NCBI GenBank assembly: GCA_035285545.1
Contig: JAYKGY010000104.1
Location: 96,001-160,000 of the forward strand
From: Snowella sp.
GTDB taxonomy: Bacteria; Cyanobacteriota; Cyanobacteriia; Cyanobacteriales; Microcystaceae
Direction of reading: 5' to 3'
DNA length: 64,000 bases
The position numbers and the translations under genes are program-made. The notes under the pieces were generated by a model. That model searched no databases. It saw only the letters and a list, made by a program, of their open reading frames with translations, and was not told the origin of the DNA. Of the stretch, positions 63,182 through 64,000 are shown one piece after another; the stretch's first letter is position 1, and each line of letters begins with the position of its first letter.

Positions 63182-63847
63182 ATGAGTATTGTATCCAAAA
63201 TTGCTCATAGCTTGGTTTTCCTATTCCCCAACAGACATCATCGAATAGGAAAAGCTTTTTCATTTTTGCTCTTGCTTCTTCTCGGCCTAAGTTTTTCGAT
63301 TTTGGGAAACTTAAATTCTTCGTTACCGAACGCGATCGCGCAAACCTCGCCCCCGCCGGTATCTATGGGTTTTTCTGGAAGAGTTGAAGACGCTTCAGCG
63401 ATTGTTTATCAACAGTTACCCTATTTACCCAAAGAAAATCAATATCGTCGTCTGGATACAGGAGAAATTGACCCAAATCATACCTTAATTAGCCGCTTCA
63501 TTCGCTATCATCAAGATCTTAAAAAACGAGCTACTCGTTACCGTTTAGATTGGAAAATCACCTTTGCTGATTATCTCGGTGTTAATGATTTGATCGATCC
63601 CGATCAGTATCCTGGAAAACTGACACTACAAACCAATCCCGCCAATACTGATATTAAAGCCATTCAAGCCTTAAATCGCCGTCAACGCCAAGAGTTAGTC
63701 GATTTATTGACCTTAATTTATAAACCCAAAGCATCCGCTAATCCCACTCCACCCAAAGCGTCTCCCACGCCTCAAGTTACCCCGACGTTTGATCCCCGTA
63801 AACCAGCTCTAGGTCAACCTGGGGATGCCCAATTGTTGATGCCTTAA
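63182..63847 (+). CDS. Conserved exported hypothetical protein
   Basis: Signal peptide; LPKENQY, RLDWKIT. Confidence 0.75.
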   Translation: MSIVSKIAHSLVFLFPNRHHRIGKAFSFLLLLLLGLSFSILGNLNSSLPNAIAQTSPPPVSMGFSGRVEDASAIVYQQLPYLPKENQYRRLDTGEIDPNHTLISRFIRYHQDLKKRATRYRLDWKITFADYLGVNDLIDPDQYPGKLTLQTNPANTDIKAIQALNRRQRQELVDLLTLIYKPKASANPTPPKASPTPQVTPTFDPRKPALGQPGDAQLLMP

Positions 63848-63854
63848 AATTACG

Positions 63855-64000
63855 ATGGAGAATCGGCTGTTAAAACAGGGCAACGGTTGGCGGTTGGGAT
63901 TCAATTCGGCTTCTGAAACCTATCAGGGTCTTGTTGGTGGGGAAGATTGGGCCATTGAGTTAACGACAGCAGAATGGCAAGATTTTTATCGGTTGGTTAC
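63855..64000 (+). CDS. DUF1818 family protein (partial, runs off the window)
   Basis: MENRLLKQGNGWRLG...GLVGGEDWAIELT. Confidence 0.75.
   Translation, partial: MENRLLKQGNGWRLGFNSASETYQGLVGGEDWAIELTTAEWQDFYRLV

Overview
Chromosomal window from a unicellular cyanobacterium. The evidence is abundant HIP1 octamers (GCGATCGC) plus ocp/frp and nblB; a Synechocystis-like lineage is an inference. Most of the window is core genes: valS, pyrG, remA-gmk, dacB, gor, rimM, queG, ctaA/ctaB, aroK, dnaN, rpoZ, an RND efflux pair and tRNA-Val(TAC). Accessory and unusual elements: (1) an AT-rich ABC-ATPase + TOPRIM-like (DUF3226) two-gene module, resembling PARIS-type defence systems, flanked by a duplicated 3' end of the peroxiredoxin gene; (2) a Tn7-like/CAST relic (TniQ/TnsD C-terminus plus one transposon end) 32 bp downstream of tRNA-Val; (3) a tnpB-only IS200/IS605 element with inferable ends, TAM and guide, inserted inside the RND operon; (4) a lone chromosomal CyRepA1-type primase-helicase; (5) DnaA boxes upstream of dnaN with no adjacent dnaA; (6) a ComFB fusion protein, a Fur/PerR-boxed promoter and HLR1 sites. 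All product calls come from motif recognition by eye, with no database searches.
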